From positions 2,000,408 through 2,032,407 of the forward strand of contig OW818668.1 of the NCBI GenBank assembly GCA_942493105.1: DNA of 32,000 nucleotides, read 5' to 3'. The number at the start of each line of letters is the position of its first letter. Position 1 is the first letter of the stretch. The notes under the pieces are model-generated. The model was not told the DNA's origin, did no database searches, and saw only the letters and a program-made list of their open reading frames with translations. The translations under genes and the position numbers were made by a program. Source of the stretch: an uncultured Erysipelotrichaceae bacterium. Its GTDB lineage: Bacteria > Bacillota_I > Bacilli_A > Erysipelotrichales > Erysipelotrichaceae. Shown here piece after piece: positions 19,285 to 28,187 of the stretch.

Positions 19285-19325
19285 TGTTTAGTAGCAGTAA
19301 ACAAATAATATGTTTTTACTAAACA
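19285..19325 (-). promoter_or_regulatory. Candidate operator: four TGTTTA/TAAACA half-sites in the 5' UTR of the regulator-pot operon
   Basis: Plus strand TGTTTA-N7-TAAACA-N7-TGTTTT-N3-TAAACA. The outer 9-mers TGTTTAGTA and TACTAAACA are exact reverse complements. It lies between the -10 box and the RBS. Confidence 0.4.
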
Positions 19326-19330
19326 GGAAT

Positions 19331-19358
19331 ATTATACAAAAAAATCCTGCTTATGCAA
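19331..19358 (-). promoter_or_regulatory. Sigma-A promoter of the regulator-potABCDD operon
   Basis: Minus strand TTGCAT, 16 nt spacer, extended -10 TGTATAAT. Confidence 0.6.
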
Positions 19359-19380
19359 GAACTTTGTTCATTATTTACAT

Positions 19381-19404
19381 AAAAAAAGAGATCAGTATGA
19401 TCTC
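19381..19404 (-). terminator. Terminator after trxA
   Basis: Minus strand GAGATCA-TAC-TGATCTC followed by T7. Confidence 0.8.
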
Positions 19405-19414
19405 AATCTTTAGG

Positions 19415-19723
19415 TTATAGGGCTCTGTTGATCAAAGCAGCTAATTGGGCTTTTTGTTGAAAACCAACAACTTTACCAACGGGCTCACCATCTTTGAATA
19501 AAATCAAAGTCGGGATCGACATGACACCAAAGCTTTGAGCAACTTCAGGTGTAGCATCGACATCTAATTTAATGATGTTTGCCTTGCCTTCATATTCTTT
19601 AGATAATTGTTCCAAGACAGGTGCAATCATCTTGCACGGTCCACACCAATCGGCATAGAAATCAACCAGAGTTACTCCTGATTGGATAGCGCTTTTGAAT
19701 TCTGTTGAATTGACAACTTTCAT
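19415..19723 (-). CDS. trxA: Thioredoxin
   Basis: 102 aa, active site WCGPCK, RBS GGAGG. Confidence 0.95.
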   Translation of the reverse strand: MKVVNSTEFKSAIQSGVTLVDFYADWCGPCKMIAPVLEQLSKEYEGKANIIKLDVDATPEVAQSFGVMSIPTLILFKDGEPVGKVVGFQQKAQLAALINRAL

Positions 19724-19778
19724 AGTTTAATACCTCCACATGAATTTAGTATAGCACAAGATTTATTTAATGCATGGC

Positions 19779-20663
19779 TTATGACTGATTCAGAATATAT
19801 TTATGAATGATCGCAGCGACACCATTTTGAGTATTGGTCAAGGTTACTTCTGAAGCTACTTTTTTGACCTCATCTTCTGCATTGCCCATAGCGATGCCTC
19901 TTTGGAATGCTTGGATCATGGCAGTATCATTTTGAGAATCACCGACGGTCATGACTTCATCGACTTTGATCTCATGAAGGGCCATGACTTGATGGATCCC
20001 TGTTAGTTTTGTAATACCTTTAGGTGCCCCATCGATGAACAGATCTCCAACATGCATGAGTTCTAAATCATCCCCAAGCAGTGTTCTAAGTTGAGGTTCA
20101 ACTTTCAAGATTTTTGGACCAATATGCGCAAATCCAACTTTTTGATATTCCCCAACAACATCTTCGATACTCTTAAGCATTCTTAAGTGACTCGATCTTA
20201 AGAAACCAAATAGCTGAAGAAAATTAAATCTCTTGAAGATGAATCCAAAGTAAGGCAAGATCTTATTTATGGTTTGATAGAGAGCTCTGATGGGAACCAA
20301 TTCTTTTGGAGTATAGAAAGATAAACCATGGGCTGAAGATAAAATCAACTGTAGGTGAAGTTCCTTAGCAACCACAAAAGCCTTCTGAGCCGCTTTGGTG
20401 GAAATGACCCCATTGGTTTGTTGTTTCTTATTGGTGATGTCATAGAGAGACTGTCCATTGTTGGTGACCAAATAACCACCATACTTATCCATTTGAAGTT
20501 CCATAGCATACATTAAAGTAGAATCGATACCTCGACCTGTTGCTAGAATCACTCGGACTCCCATCTCCTGCGCCTTAAGAATGGCTTCCTTATTTTCAGA
20601 GGAAATGGTTTTTGTATTGGAAAGTAAGGTACCATCCAAATCACTGACGAATAATTTAATCAT
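19779..20663 (-). CDS. Cof-type HAD-IIB sugar-phosphate phosphatase
   Basis: Motif I FVSDLDGTLL, motif IV GDSQNDTAM. I prefer the ATG at 20663 (MIKLFVSDLDGT), which overlaps the nagB stop by 8 nt, but the track start at 20687 is not excluded. Confidence 0.75.
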   Translation of the reverse strand: MIKLFVSDLDGTLLSNTKTISSENKEAILKAQEMGVRVILATGRGIDSTLMYAMELQMDKYGGYLVTNNGQSLYDITNKKQQTNGVISTKAAQKAFVVAKELHLQLILSSAHGLSFYTPKELVPIRALYQTINKILPYFGFIFKRFNFLQLFGFLRSSHLRMLKSIEDVVGEYQKVGFAHIGPKILKVEPQLRTLLGDDLELMHVGDLFIDGAPKGITKLTGIHQVMALHEIKVDEVMTVGDSQNDTAMIQAFQRGIAMGNAEDEVKKVASEVTLTNTQNGVAAIIHKYILNQS

Positions 20664-21387
20664 TGAGTAAACGGGCTGCTTCCTCATCCAAGACTAAAAC
20701 TACATTTGGATGTTTTTGAAGGATGGTGCAAGGCACTTCTTCGCGAATCTTGCCTTGAATCATTTCTTTGATCGCTAATGCTTTCTTATTTCCTGTCGCA
20801 ATCAAAACGATTTTTCTAGCCGACATGATTTCAGTAATGCCCATTGATACAGCATATCTGGGCACTTCATCTAGGCCACTAAAGAAACGGGCATTATCAA
20901 GTCTGGTTTCTTCTTTTAAGCCAACCACATGCGTGGTCGAATCAAATGATGTTCCTGGTTCATTAAAGCCAATATGTCCATTAGAACCCATCCCTAAAAC
21001 CAAAACATCGAGTTTGGCTGCTAAAACTGAAGCACTATACGCATCTGCTTCGGATTTCAAATCATCCTTATGAACTTCGGGGATATGGATCTGATGGCGC
21101 GGACAATCGATATAATCAAACAAGTGTTCATTCATAAAAGTCATGTAACTTTGAAGATGACCTTTAGGCAATCCAACATATTCATCCAGATTATACGTTG
21201 TCACATGCTGATAAGTCGTCTTATTTTTGACATGGTCTTCAACCAAACGAGCATATAACCCTATCGGTGAAGATCCTGTCGCTAAACCTAATGCAATCGG
21301 ATGGTCGACTTTGATGATATCTTTAAGGATCTCAAAAGCTTTTTGGCTCACTTCATCGTAAGTCTTGTATACAAAAATCTCAAACAT
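20656..21387 (-). CDS. nagB: Glucosamine-6-phosphate deaminase
   Basis: LGLATGSSP, NLDEYVGL, LGMGSNGHIGFNEPG. RBS AAGGAG. Confidence 0.9.
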   Translation of the reverse strand: MFEIFVYKTYDEVSQKAFEILKDIIKVDHPIALGLATGSSPIGLYARLVEDHVKNKTTYQHVTTYNLDEYVGLPKGHLQSYMTFMNEHLFDYIDCPRHQIHIPEVHKDDLKSEADAYSASVLAAKLDVLVLGMGSNGHIGFNEPGTSFDSTTHVVGLKEETRLDNARFFSGLDEVPRYAVSMGITEIMSARKIVLIATGNKKALAIKEMIQGKIREEVPCTILQKHPNVVLVLDEEAARLLND

Positions 21388-21396
21388 AATTTCTCC

Positions 21397-22299
21397 TTAT
21401 TGAATTTCGCAGTTTTGCGGAACTCGGGCTGTTAGCCATTTAGGTCGCATGATAAATTTGTATTCTTTTAGATGATAGACTTCCCCATCGATTTGAGAAG
21501 CAATTGGCTCTAGTGTCCTTATTTCTAAGGCATCAGCTTTATAAAAATGAGCTTGCTTTTCATGGATATGCGTTCCAAACATATACTTAGGCAATAATCT
21601 TAAGATGGTCCACAAATCACAATAATCGACCAGACATACATCAAACAATCCATCTTGCACAGAAGCATCTGGTGTTGGTTTAAAGCCTCCTCCATAGAAT
21701 TTCCCATTCATAACGGCACATAAGATCATCTCATGAACGGTTGTTTTTCCATCTAATGTCAGATGAAGTTCTACAGGTGCTCTTTCTTTTAAAGTCAAGA
21801 ATAAACTAACGATATAGACCAATTTTGAAGGTAAAGGTAGTTTTTTACCTACCTTTTGTGCTTTGATGGTTACTTTCGCATCTAGTCCCATGGTCGTACA
21901 GTTATGAAAACGCAAGCCGTTGGCTTCACCAATATCGATTTGGACATTGCGCCCTTCGATGGTTTGAATCAAGATATCTTTGAGTGATTTTAAATCTTTA
22001 GGATATTGGAAACTACGGGTAAAATCATTACCTGTACCCGATGGAATAACAGCCATCGGCACACCTTCTTGAAGGCCATTCAAGACTTCATAGGCTGTTC
22101 CATCTCCCCCGCATGCATACACAGTCACATCATCTTGAACGCTGTATTGAGCAGCCAATTGTGTTGCATGACCATTCCCCGTGGTCATAAGGATCTGATA
22201 TTCATTTTCGCGATTGGCGAAGTAAGCATGGATCCAGGGCACGAGCTTTGATGAGCGGCCATGACCTGAAACTGGGTTGATGATAAAAATGTGTTTCAT
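21397..22299 (-). CDS. Diacylglycerol-kinase-fold lipid kinase (DagK/YegS family)
   Basis: IINPVSGHG, ACGGDGT, IPSGTGNDF motifs of the DAGK catalytic domain. Confidence 0.75.
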   Translation of the reverse strand: MKHIFIINPVSGHGRSSKLVPWIHAYFANRENEYQILMTTGNGHATQLAAQYSVQDDVTVYACGGDGTAYEVLNGLQEGVPMAVIPSGTGNDFTRSFQYPKDLKSLKDILIQTIEGRNVQIDIGEANGLRFHNCTTMGLDAKVTIKAQKVGKKLPLPSKLVYIVSLFLTLKERAPVELHLTLDGKTTVHEMILCAVMNGKFYGGGFKPTPDASVQDGLFDVCLVDYCDLWTILRLLPKYMFGTHIHEKQAHFYKADALEIRTLEPIASQIDGEVYHLKEYKFIMRPKWLTARVPQNCEIQ

Positions 22300-22320
22300 A
22301 TGGGGTCCCTTTTATTTATA

Positions 22321-23463
22321 TTATACGGTAAAGACGACCTGTCCTTTGACATAGGTTGCTAATACCATGTAATCCTGATCTAAAACGGTCAAATCAGCCT
22401 CATAATGCGTTTGAATCTTGCCTAATCGATCTGAAACCCCTAAAACTTTAGCAGGATTGATCGTGGTTGCATTTATGGCACTTACTTCATCGACAAAAGC
22501 ATTCTCAATCAAATTTCTTAATCCGAGATTATACGGTAAAGTCGATCCAGCTAAGGTATTGGTATCCGCAATATAAGCACTTCCATTAGGCCGGATATCG
22601 ATGGCTTGTCCGCCAAATTCATAACGGCCAGCCTCTAGTCCTTTCGCACATAAAGAGTCAGTGACCATCACACAATGATCCTTGCCTTTGGCTTTAAACA
22701 AGATATTGATGGCTGGCCAACTGACATGATTTCCATCACTGATGATTTCAGCATAAGCCTGACCAAGATTCAAAGCTGCACCTACCATACCTGGTTCTCG
22801 ATGGTTAAATGCACTCATTCCATTATAGGTATGGGTAAAACCACTGGCTCCATTGGCAAACGCAAACATGGCCTGTTGATATGTTGCCCCTGAGTGACCT
22901 AAGTTGACCGCAACTTTGTGTTGACTCAAATATCGAATCAATTCAAGCTGATCATCTTTCTCAGGTGCTAAAGTAATCACTTTGATTAAGCCATTTGCTG
23001 CTTTTTGATAGGCAATGAACTGATCAACACTTGGTTTAACTATAAAGGGTTCAGGTTGAGCCCCTTTAAAGGCAGCATTGATATAGGGACCCTCAAAATG
23101 AATACCGGCAATTCGTGCTCCTTTAAAAGGGGTTGATTCTAGTGTAGCCACATTCTTCAATGCTTCCGTTAAAATCGCTTCAGTTTGTGTCACTGTTGTA
23201 GGACATATTGAAGTCAATCCTTCTTTAGGAGCCTGTTGTAGCCAATTTTTAAGTCCTTCACTGGTTGCTTCATTGGTATCAAAACCAAAAGCACCATGAC
23301 AGTGCGTATCAATAAAACCAGGATATATTCTATGATTACCATAATCAACATCAGCTTTCTTGGTTCCATAAGGCCAAATCGCAACGATCAAATGATCTTT
23401 GACTTCAATTTGAGCACTGACCCAATGTTCTACGATCCAAATACGTTTACTTTGAATTATCAT
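22321..23463 (-). CDS. nagA: N-acetylglucosamine-6-phosphate deacetylase
   Basis: GFIDTHCHG, HFEGPYIN, HSGATY, metal-ligand His/Asp pattern of amidohydrolases. RBS AAGGAG lies inside the ygiQ 3' end. Confidence 0.9.
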   Translation of the reverse strand: MIIQSKRIWIVEHWVSAQIEVKDHLIVAIWPYGTKKADVDYGNHRIYPGFIDTHCHGAFGFDTNEATSEGLKNWLQQAPKEGLTSICPTTVTQTEAILTEALKNVATLESTPFKGARIAGIHFEGPYINAAFKGAQPEPFIVKPSVDQFIAYQKAANGLIKVITLAPEKDDQLELIRYLSQHKVAVNLGHSGATYQQAMFAFANGASGFTHTYNGMSAFNHREPGMVGAALNLGQAYAEIISDGNHVSWPAINILFKAKGKDHCVMVTDSLCAKGLEAGRYEFGGQAIDIRPNGSAYIADTNTLAGSTLPYNLGLRNLIENAFVDEVSAINATTINPAKVLGVSDRLGKIQTHYEADLTVLDQDYMVLATYVKGQVVFTV

Positions 23464-25261
23464 GTGGTCTCCTTTGAGGCAATGGCCTGATCAGACAATG
23501 TTTACCAAAACCAACCAAATCTAATCGATTGGCTTGTTTAAGTGCTTCAAATACCAAATGCTGATTCTTAGGATTTGCATATTGCATCAAGACTCTTTGT
23601 AGTGTCTTGTCTTTAACGGTTTTAGCGACATAGATTTTTTCATTGGTGAAAGGATCTATTTCAGTATAATACATGCAGGTACTCGCTGTAAAAGGCGTTG
23701 GATAAAAGTCTTGGACTTGTTGGGGCTGATGGCCTATCTTTTTTAGATACAAAGCCAATTCTACCGCATCTTTTAGAGAAGATCCCGGATGAGATGAAAT
23801 CAAATAAGGCACCAGATACTGGTCCTTATTAAACTGTTTATTTTTAGCTTCATATTTCTTAACAAATTTATCATACAACTCAAAAGATGGTTTACCCATT
23901 TTTTCCAAGACACGATTAGAAACATGTTCAGGGGCAACTTTAAGTTGACCTGAGATATGATACTGAATCAATTCATCAAAGAAGGTTTCATCTTGATCAA
24001 ACACAAGATAATCATAACGAATGCCTGATCGAATAAAAACTTTTTTAATTTTCGGAATGGCTCTAAGTTGTCTTAACGCATCTAAATATTTTGCATGACT
24101 GACTTCAAGTTGATTGCAGGCTTTAGGATGTAGACAATCTTTGAACTTACAGGTTCCTAAAGTTAATTGTTTCTGACAGCTGGGTTGATGAAAATTCGCT
24201 GTAGGTCCTCCAACATCATGGATATATCCTTTAAAATTAGGCATATGTGTTATCTTTGTGGCTTCTTCAACCAAAGACGGAGTACTTCGTGAAGTGATCA
24301 TTCTTCCTTGATGCTGAGTAATGGCACAGAAATTACATGAACCAAAACATCCCCGATTGGAGATCAATGAGAACTGAACTTCTTCTATGGCTGGGATATT
24401 GGTATAAGAAGGATGAAATTTTCGTTCAAAGGGCAATGCATAGACCCAATCCATTTCAGCTTGAGTCAAGGCAAAGGCCGGTTTGTTTTGAATGATGCGA
24501 ACATTCCCGTAGGTTTCAACCAATGGTAGTCCTGTAAAGGCATCTGTATTGCGATACTGAAGTAAGAAGCTTTCAGTATATTTGGCTTTACTTTCTTTGA
24601 CTTCTAAAAACGAAGGCAAGATGATGGCTTTGTCTGGATTTTCTTTGGTTTTTGTTTTCCAGACAGTGCCTCTTAAATAGGTGATCTCATCAATAGGAAT
24701 ATTGGCTTTTAAGGCATCCGCAATCTCAACGATGATGTTTTCAGCCATTCCATACACCAAAAGATCAGCTGTAGAATCCATCAAGATCGATGATCTGACT
24801 TTATCATCCCAATAATCATAATGACTCATCCGACGAAGTGAAGCCTCAATACCACCGATGATGATGGGTGCTTTAGGATGGATCTTACGAATCCATTGAC
24901 TATAAACGATGGTAGCACGATCAGGGCGTTTGCCCATGACTCCATTATCGGTATAATAATCTTTATCACGATGTTTACGATTAACGGTATAATGATTGAC
25001 CATAGAATCAATATTGCCTGCACTGACCAAATAAGCTAAATTCGGCATTCCATATTGAGTCAAATCTTCATCCTTGTGCCAATCTGGCTGCGCACAAATA
25101 GCGACGCTATACCCATGGGCTTCTAAGACTCTACCGATTATAGCGGTTCCAAAAGACGGATGATCGACATAGGCATCCCCACTGATCAAGACAAAATCGA
25201 CTGTTTCCAGTCCTCTTTCAAGCATGTCTTTTTTATTTATGGGAAGAAAGGCCATGGTCAT
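23447..25261 (-). CDS. ygiQ: YgiQ-family (UPF0313) radical SAM protein
   Basis: N-terminal FLP...SGDAYVDHPSFG, radical-SAM CFGSCNFC. The start is ambiguous between ATG at 25261 and 25255; the track uses TTG at 25264. Confidence 0.8.
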   Translation of the reverse strand: MTMAFLPINKKDMLERGLETVDFVLISGDAYVDHPSFGTAIIGRVLEAHGYSVAICAQPDWHKDEDLTQYGMPNLAYLVSAGNIDSMVNHYTVNRKHRDKDYYTDNGVMGKRPDRATIVYSQWIRKIHPKAPIIIGGIEASLRRMSHYDYWDDKVRSSILMDSTADLLVYGMAENIIVEIADALKANIPIDEITYLRGTVWKTKTKENPDKAIILPSFLEVKESKAKYTESFLLQYRNTDAFTGLPLVETYGNVRIIQNKPAFALTQAEMDWVYALPFERKFHPSYTNIPAIEEVQFSLISNRGCFGSCNFCAITQHQGRMITSRSTPSLVEEATKITHMPNFKGYIHDVGGPTANFHQPSCQKQLTLGTCKFKDCLHPKACNQLEVSHAKYLDALRQLRAIPKIKKVFIRSGIRYDYLVFDQDETFFDELIQYHISGQLKVAPEHVSNRVLEKMGKPSFELYDKFVKKYEAKNKQFNKDQYLVPYLISSHPGSSLKDAVELALYLKKIGHQPQQVQDFYPTPFTASTCMYYTEIDPFTNEKIYVAKTVKDKTLQRVLMQYANPKNQHLVFEALKQANRLDLVGFGKHCLIRPLPQRRPHDNSK

Positions 25262-25283
25262 CAAAAAAGTCGCAAAGCGACTT
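25262..25283 (-). terminator. Hairpin plus T6 directly after pduL and abutting the ygiQ start
   Basis: Minus strand AGTCGC-TTT-GCGACT-TTTTTT followed by GATG. It overlaps the pduL stop codon. Confidence 0.5.
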
Positions 25284-25863
25284 AACCTACGATCACTTCA
25301 CCCCAGGATTCACCTGAGAGACCAGCCGCATTGGCTTCATCGGTATCAATGTGCATAGCTGGCGCAAATTTTTCACTGATACGAATCACAACATCTCCAA
25401 AAATCGTGCTTCTTTCATTGGCTCCGACTTTAACACTAACGATCTGTGAATTCTTGACTCCGAAAAGTTCAGCTGCTTCTGGGGTTAAATGTATATGACG
25501 TTTAGCCGCGATCAAACCTTTATTTAAAGTAACAGAACCTGCAGGACCAACCAAAGTGATGCCTAAAGTACCTTCTATGTTTCCTGATTCACGAACCATC
25601 GCAACTGCACCTAAAGTCCTCGCATCCGTTAAAGAAACTTCGACTTGCGAAGCATTACGGCAAGGACCTAAAATCGTCACATTCTTGATGGTTGATTTAG
25701 GACCTACCAAGTCAACTTTTTCTTCTGATGCATACTGTCCGGGCTGAGACAGATCTTTTTTGTTGTGTAAAACAGCGCCTGCTCCAAACAATGTTTCTAG
25801 ATCAGCTTGGGTGACATGGGCATGTCTTGCGGAAATCTCAACCAATACTTTTTTGTCGTTCAT
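25282..25863 (-). CDS. pduL: Phosphate acyltransferase PduL (propanoyl/acetyl)
   Basis: Two PduL repeats (ISARHAHV ... AKRHIHL). ATG at 25863 with AAGAGG RBS. The track's upstream extension is rejected. Confidence 0.85.
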   Translation of the reverse strand: MNDKKVLVEISARHAHVTQADLETLFGAGAVLHNKKDLSQPGQYASEEKVDLVGPKSTIKNVTILGPCRNASQVEVSLTDARTLGAVAMVRESGNIEGTLGITLVGPAGSVTLNKGLIAAKRHIHLTPEAAELFGVKNSQIVSVKVGANERSTIFGDVVIRISEKFAPAMHIDTDEANAAGLSGESWGEVIVG

Positions 25864-25887
25864 GTATATACCTCTTTTAACGTTTCT

Positions 25888-25916
25888 ATTATACTGATTT
25901 CCCTTCAACTTTACAA
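25888..25916 (-). promoter_or_regulatory. Sigma-A promoter for pduL
   Basis: Minus strand TTGTAA, 17 nt spacer, TATAAT. Confidence 0.55.
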
Positions 25917-25995
25917 TGAGGGGGCTTAACTTGTTTATCTTTGTATACAAGCTCAATGAAAACATTTATAATAAGTTTCAGGAGGAATTAGTCCC

Positions 25996-26934
25996 ATGCC
26001 TTTAGTTTCAACCACAGAAATGTTTAAAAGAGCCTACGAGGGAGGCTACGCCATCGGTGCATTCAACGTCAACAATATGGAAATCGTACAAGCGATCGTT
26101 GAAGCCGCCAATGAGCTGAAATCACCCGTTATTTTGCAAGTGTCCAAAGGTGCAAGAGATTATGCCAAACCAGTTTATTTAACTAAATTGGTAGAAGCAG
26201 CTTTATTGGACAGTAATATTCCCATTGCTTTGCATTTGGATCACGGCGATTCATTTGAAACCTGCAAAGCTTGTATCGACTCTGGATTCACATCCGTCAT
26301 GATCGATGGCTCACATTTGAGCTTAGCCGATAACATTGCTTTGACCAAAAGAGTTGTCGAATATGCCCATGCTCATGATCCATACATCACTGTTGAAGGT
26401 GAACTTGGACAATTGGCCGGTGTTGAAGATGACATCAATGTTGCCCATCACAGCTATACCAACCCAGATGATGTCGTAGAATTCGTTACGAAGACTGGTT
26501 GTGATTCCTTGGCCATTGCCATCGGAACAAGCCACGGTGCTTTCAAATTCAAACCAGGTGTAAAACCTCAACTTCGTTTCGATATCTTGGAAGAAGTTGC
26601 TCGTCGTTTGCCAAACTTCCCAATCGTTCTTCATGGTGCATCCAGTGTTTCTCAAGAATATGTCAAAACCATCAACGCCAATGGTGGTAATATGGCCGAT
26701 GCCATCGGTATCCCTGAAGAAATGCTTAGACAAGCTGCTCGTTCAGCCGTCTGCAAGATCAACATCGACTCCGATTTACGTTTAGCCATGACAGCTGGTA
26801 TCCGTGAGGTCTTCTTCGCAAAACCAGATGTCTTCGATCCTAGAACGTACCTTAAAGTTGGTCGTAAGAATGTAAAAGATGTTGTTTCTCATAAAATCAG
26901 AGAAGTCTTAGGATCAGAAGGAAAAGCTTGGTAA
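25996..26934 (+). CDS. fba: Class II fructose-1,6-bisphosphate aldolase
   Basis: GAFNVNN, HLDHG, zinc-ligand His pattern, LHGASS. Confidence 0.9.
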   Translation: MPLVSTTEMFKRAYEGGYAIGAFNVNNMEIVQAIVEAANELKSPVILQVSKGARDYAKPVYLTKLVEAALLDSNIPIALHLDHGDSFETCKACIDSGFTSVMIDGSHLSLADNIALTKRVVEYAHAHDPYITVEGELGQLAGVEDDINVAHHSYTNPDDVVEFVTKTGCDSLAIAIGTSHGAFKFKPGVKPQLRFDILEEVARRLPNFPIVLHGASSVSQEYVKTINANGGNMADAIGIPEEMLRQAARSAVCKINIDSDLRLAMTAGIREVFFAKPDVFDPRTYLKVGRKNVKDVVSHKIREVLGSEGKAW

Positions 26935-26936
26935 AA

Positions 26937-26968
26937 AATAAAGGTGATTCAAATGAATCACCTTTTCT
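26937..26968. terminator. Bidirectional terminator between fba and the convergent small ORF
   Basis: AAGGTGATTC-AAAT-GAATCACCTT flanked by A- and T-runs. Confidence 0.8.
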
Positions 26969-26969
26969 T

Positions 26970-27161
26970 TTATTTCTTTTTAGGATCAACTTCAACTAAG
27001 TCTTGTGCTAAATCGTCTAACAGAATTCCATAATCCGCATGCGGTTCTTGGATGTGACCTTCAGGTAAAGGCACACCATCTGTTAGAGGTTGCCCATAGA
27101 TTCGAATCTCATCCAATGTTTTCGGGCTTGATTTCTTTTTAGGTTGTTTTGGTTTATTCAT
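26970..27161 (-). CDS. 63-aa hypothetical protein with Lys-rich termini and an acidic core
   Basis: Strong RBS AAGGAG 7 nt upstream, its own promoter and its own terminator. No family recognised. Confidence 0.55.
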   Translation of the reverse strand: MNKPKQPKKKSSPKTLDEIRIYGQPLTDGVPLPEGHIQEPHADYGILLDDLAQDLVEVDPKKK

Positions 27162-27198
27162 GATTATCTCCTTGTTGATTGGTCATCTTTATAAGCAC

Positions 27199-27227
27199 AT
27201 TATATGTTTTTTTACTTGAATATACAA
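27199..27227 (-). promoter_or_regulatory. Sigma-A promoter for the 63-aa ORF
   Basis: Minus strand TTGTAT, 17 nt spacer, TATAAT. Confidence 0.5.
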
Positions 27228-27243
27228 AGCGAATGCAATGTAT

Positions 27244-27270
27244 AAAAAAACTCTACAGATAACTGTAGAG
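27244..27270 (-). terminator. Terminator after tRNA-His
   Basis: Minus strand CTCTACAG-TTAT-CTGTAGAG followed by T7. Confidence 0.8.
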
Positions 27271-27283
27271 TTTTGCGTACAAA

Positions 27284-27361
27284 TGGGGCGACCGACGGGG
27301 CTCGAACCCGCGAGTGTCGGAGCCACAATCCGATGCGTTAACCAACTTCGCCACGACCGCC
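27284..27361 (-). tRNA. tRNA-His (GUG) with encoded G-1 and CCA
   Basis: Anticodon loop UUGUGGC. An extra 5' G sits opposite the C73 discriminator. Confidence 0.85.
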
Positions 27362-27382
27362 ATACTCTTTGTGCGCCGTTTA

Positions 27383-27411
27383 ATTTTAACCTAAAAGAAG
27401 GCGCTTGTAAA
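27383..27411 (-). promoter_or_regulatory. Sigma-A promoter for tRNA-His
   Basis: Minus strand TTTACA, 17 nt spacer, TAAAAT, immediately after the coaX stop. Confidence 0.5.
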
Positions 27412-27413
27412 GA

Positions 27414-28181
27414 CTAAACTTGATGAGTGCGTCGATCGATCTCAAAGAGACCATCATTGAGTAAAAAAGGTTCAAATTTAAATTCTGAAAGATAAGGATA
27501 AACCACGTTTGAGAAGCCACCTGTAACGATCTTTGTACAATTGTGGCCCAATTCTTTGGCCATTCGTTCTGCGATCCCAATGACTGAATCAATGTGTCCA
27601 TACATTAAACCAGACTCCATCGCATGTATGGTATCTTTACCGATAACGGTTTTGGGGACTTCAATGGCAATTTGAGGCAAATGCGGAATAAACGAAGACA
27701 AGGCATCGCGACTGATCTTAATGCCAGGCAAGATGACTCCGCCTTCAAAGACAAAGTCTTTGCTTAGAGCACTGAGTTTGGTTGCGGAACCTAGGTCAGC
27801 GATCACACATGGCAAATCGTATTTAGCCAAAGCTCCATAACTGGTTGCAATAAAATCTGCTCCAATATCACTAGGTTGAGTTAGTTTGACTTCAAAATCT
27901 TTAACCGTATCTAAAGAACAATTTTTTCCTTCTATGGCTAATATTTCTTCAACTAAGTTAAAAAACGTTGCGGTTACTTTAGGGACTACCGAACTTAAGA
28001 TAAAGCGTTTGATCTTAAGTTTATCTTTTAAAGGATACAGTTCAAATGTGACCCACTGGGTATAATAGACCAATACATCTTCTTTGATTGTTTCATAACG
28101 CTGATCAAATATTATTTTTTTATGTTTGTCATAACAAACAACGACGATATTTGAATTCCCGATGTCAATGGTAAGTAGCAT
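27414..28181 (-). CDS. coaX: Type III pantothenate kinase
   Basis: MLLTIDIGNSN phosphate-1 motif, ADLGSATK, GGF. No Shine-Dalgarno upstream (see findings). Confidence 0.9.
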   Translation of the reverse strand: MLLTIDIGNSNIVVVCYDKHKKIIFDQRYETIKEDVLVYYTQWVTFELYPLKDKLKIKRFILSSVVPKVTATFFNLVEEILAIEGKNCSLDTVKDFEVKLTQPSDIGADFIATSYGALAKYDLPCVIADLGSATKLSALSKDFVFEGGVILPGIKISRDALSSFIPHLPQIAIEVPKTVIGKDTIHAMESGLMYGHIDSVIGIAERMAKELGHNCTKIVTGGFSNVVYPYLSEFKFEPFLLNDGLFEIDRRTHQV

Positions 28182-28187
28182 AGGTCA

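Noticed and set aside
25941-25950. Perfect 10-bp palindrome TTGTATACAA upstream of fba, considered as a CcpA cre site or operator
   Set aside because: It matches the cre consensus TGWAANCGNTNWCA poorly, missing the central CG. It is too short to call on its own and may just be part of the fba promoter region.
25864-25965. Upstream extensions of pduL (to 25965), rimO (to 12038), the EIIA gene (from 4758), the helicase (GTG 6487) and the HAD phosphatase (20687)
   Set aside because: In each case an internal ATG has a better RBS and yields the canonical family N-terminus. The pduL extension would also run through its own promoter.
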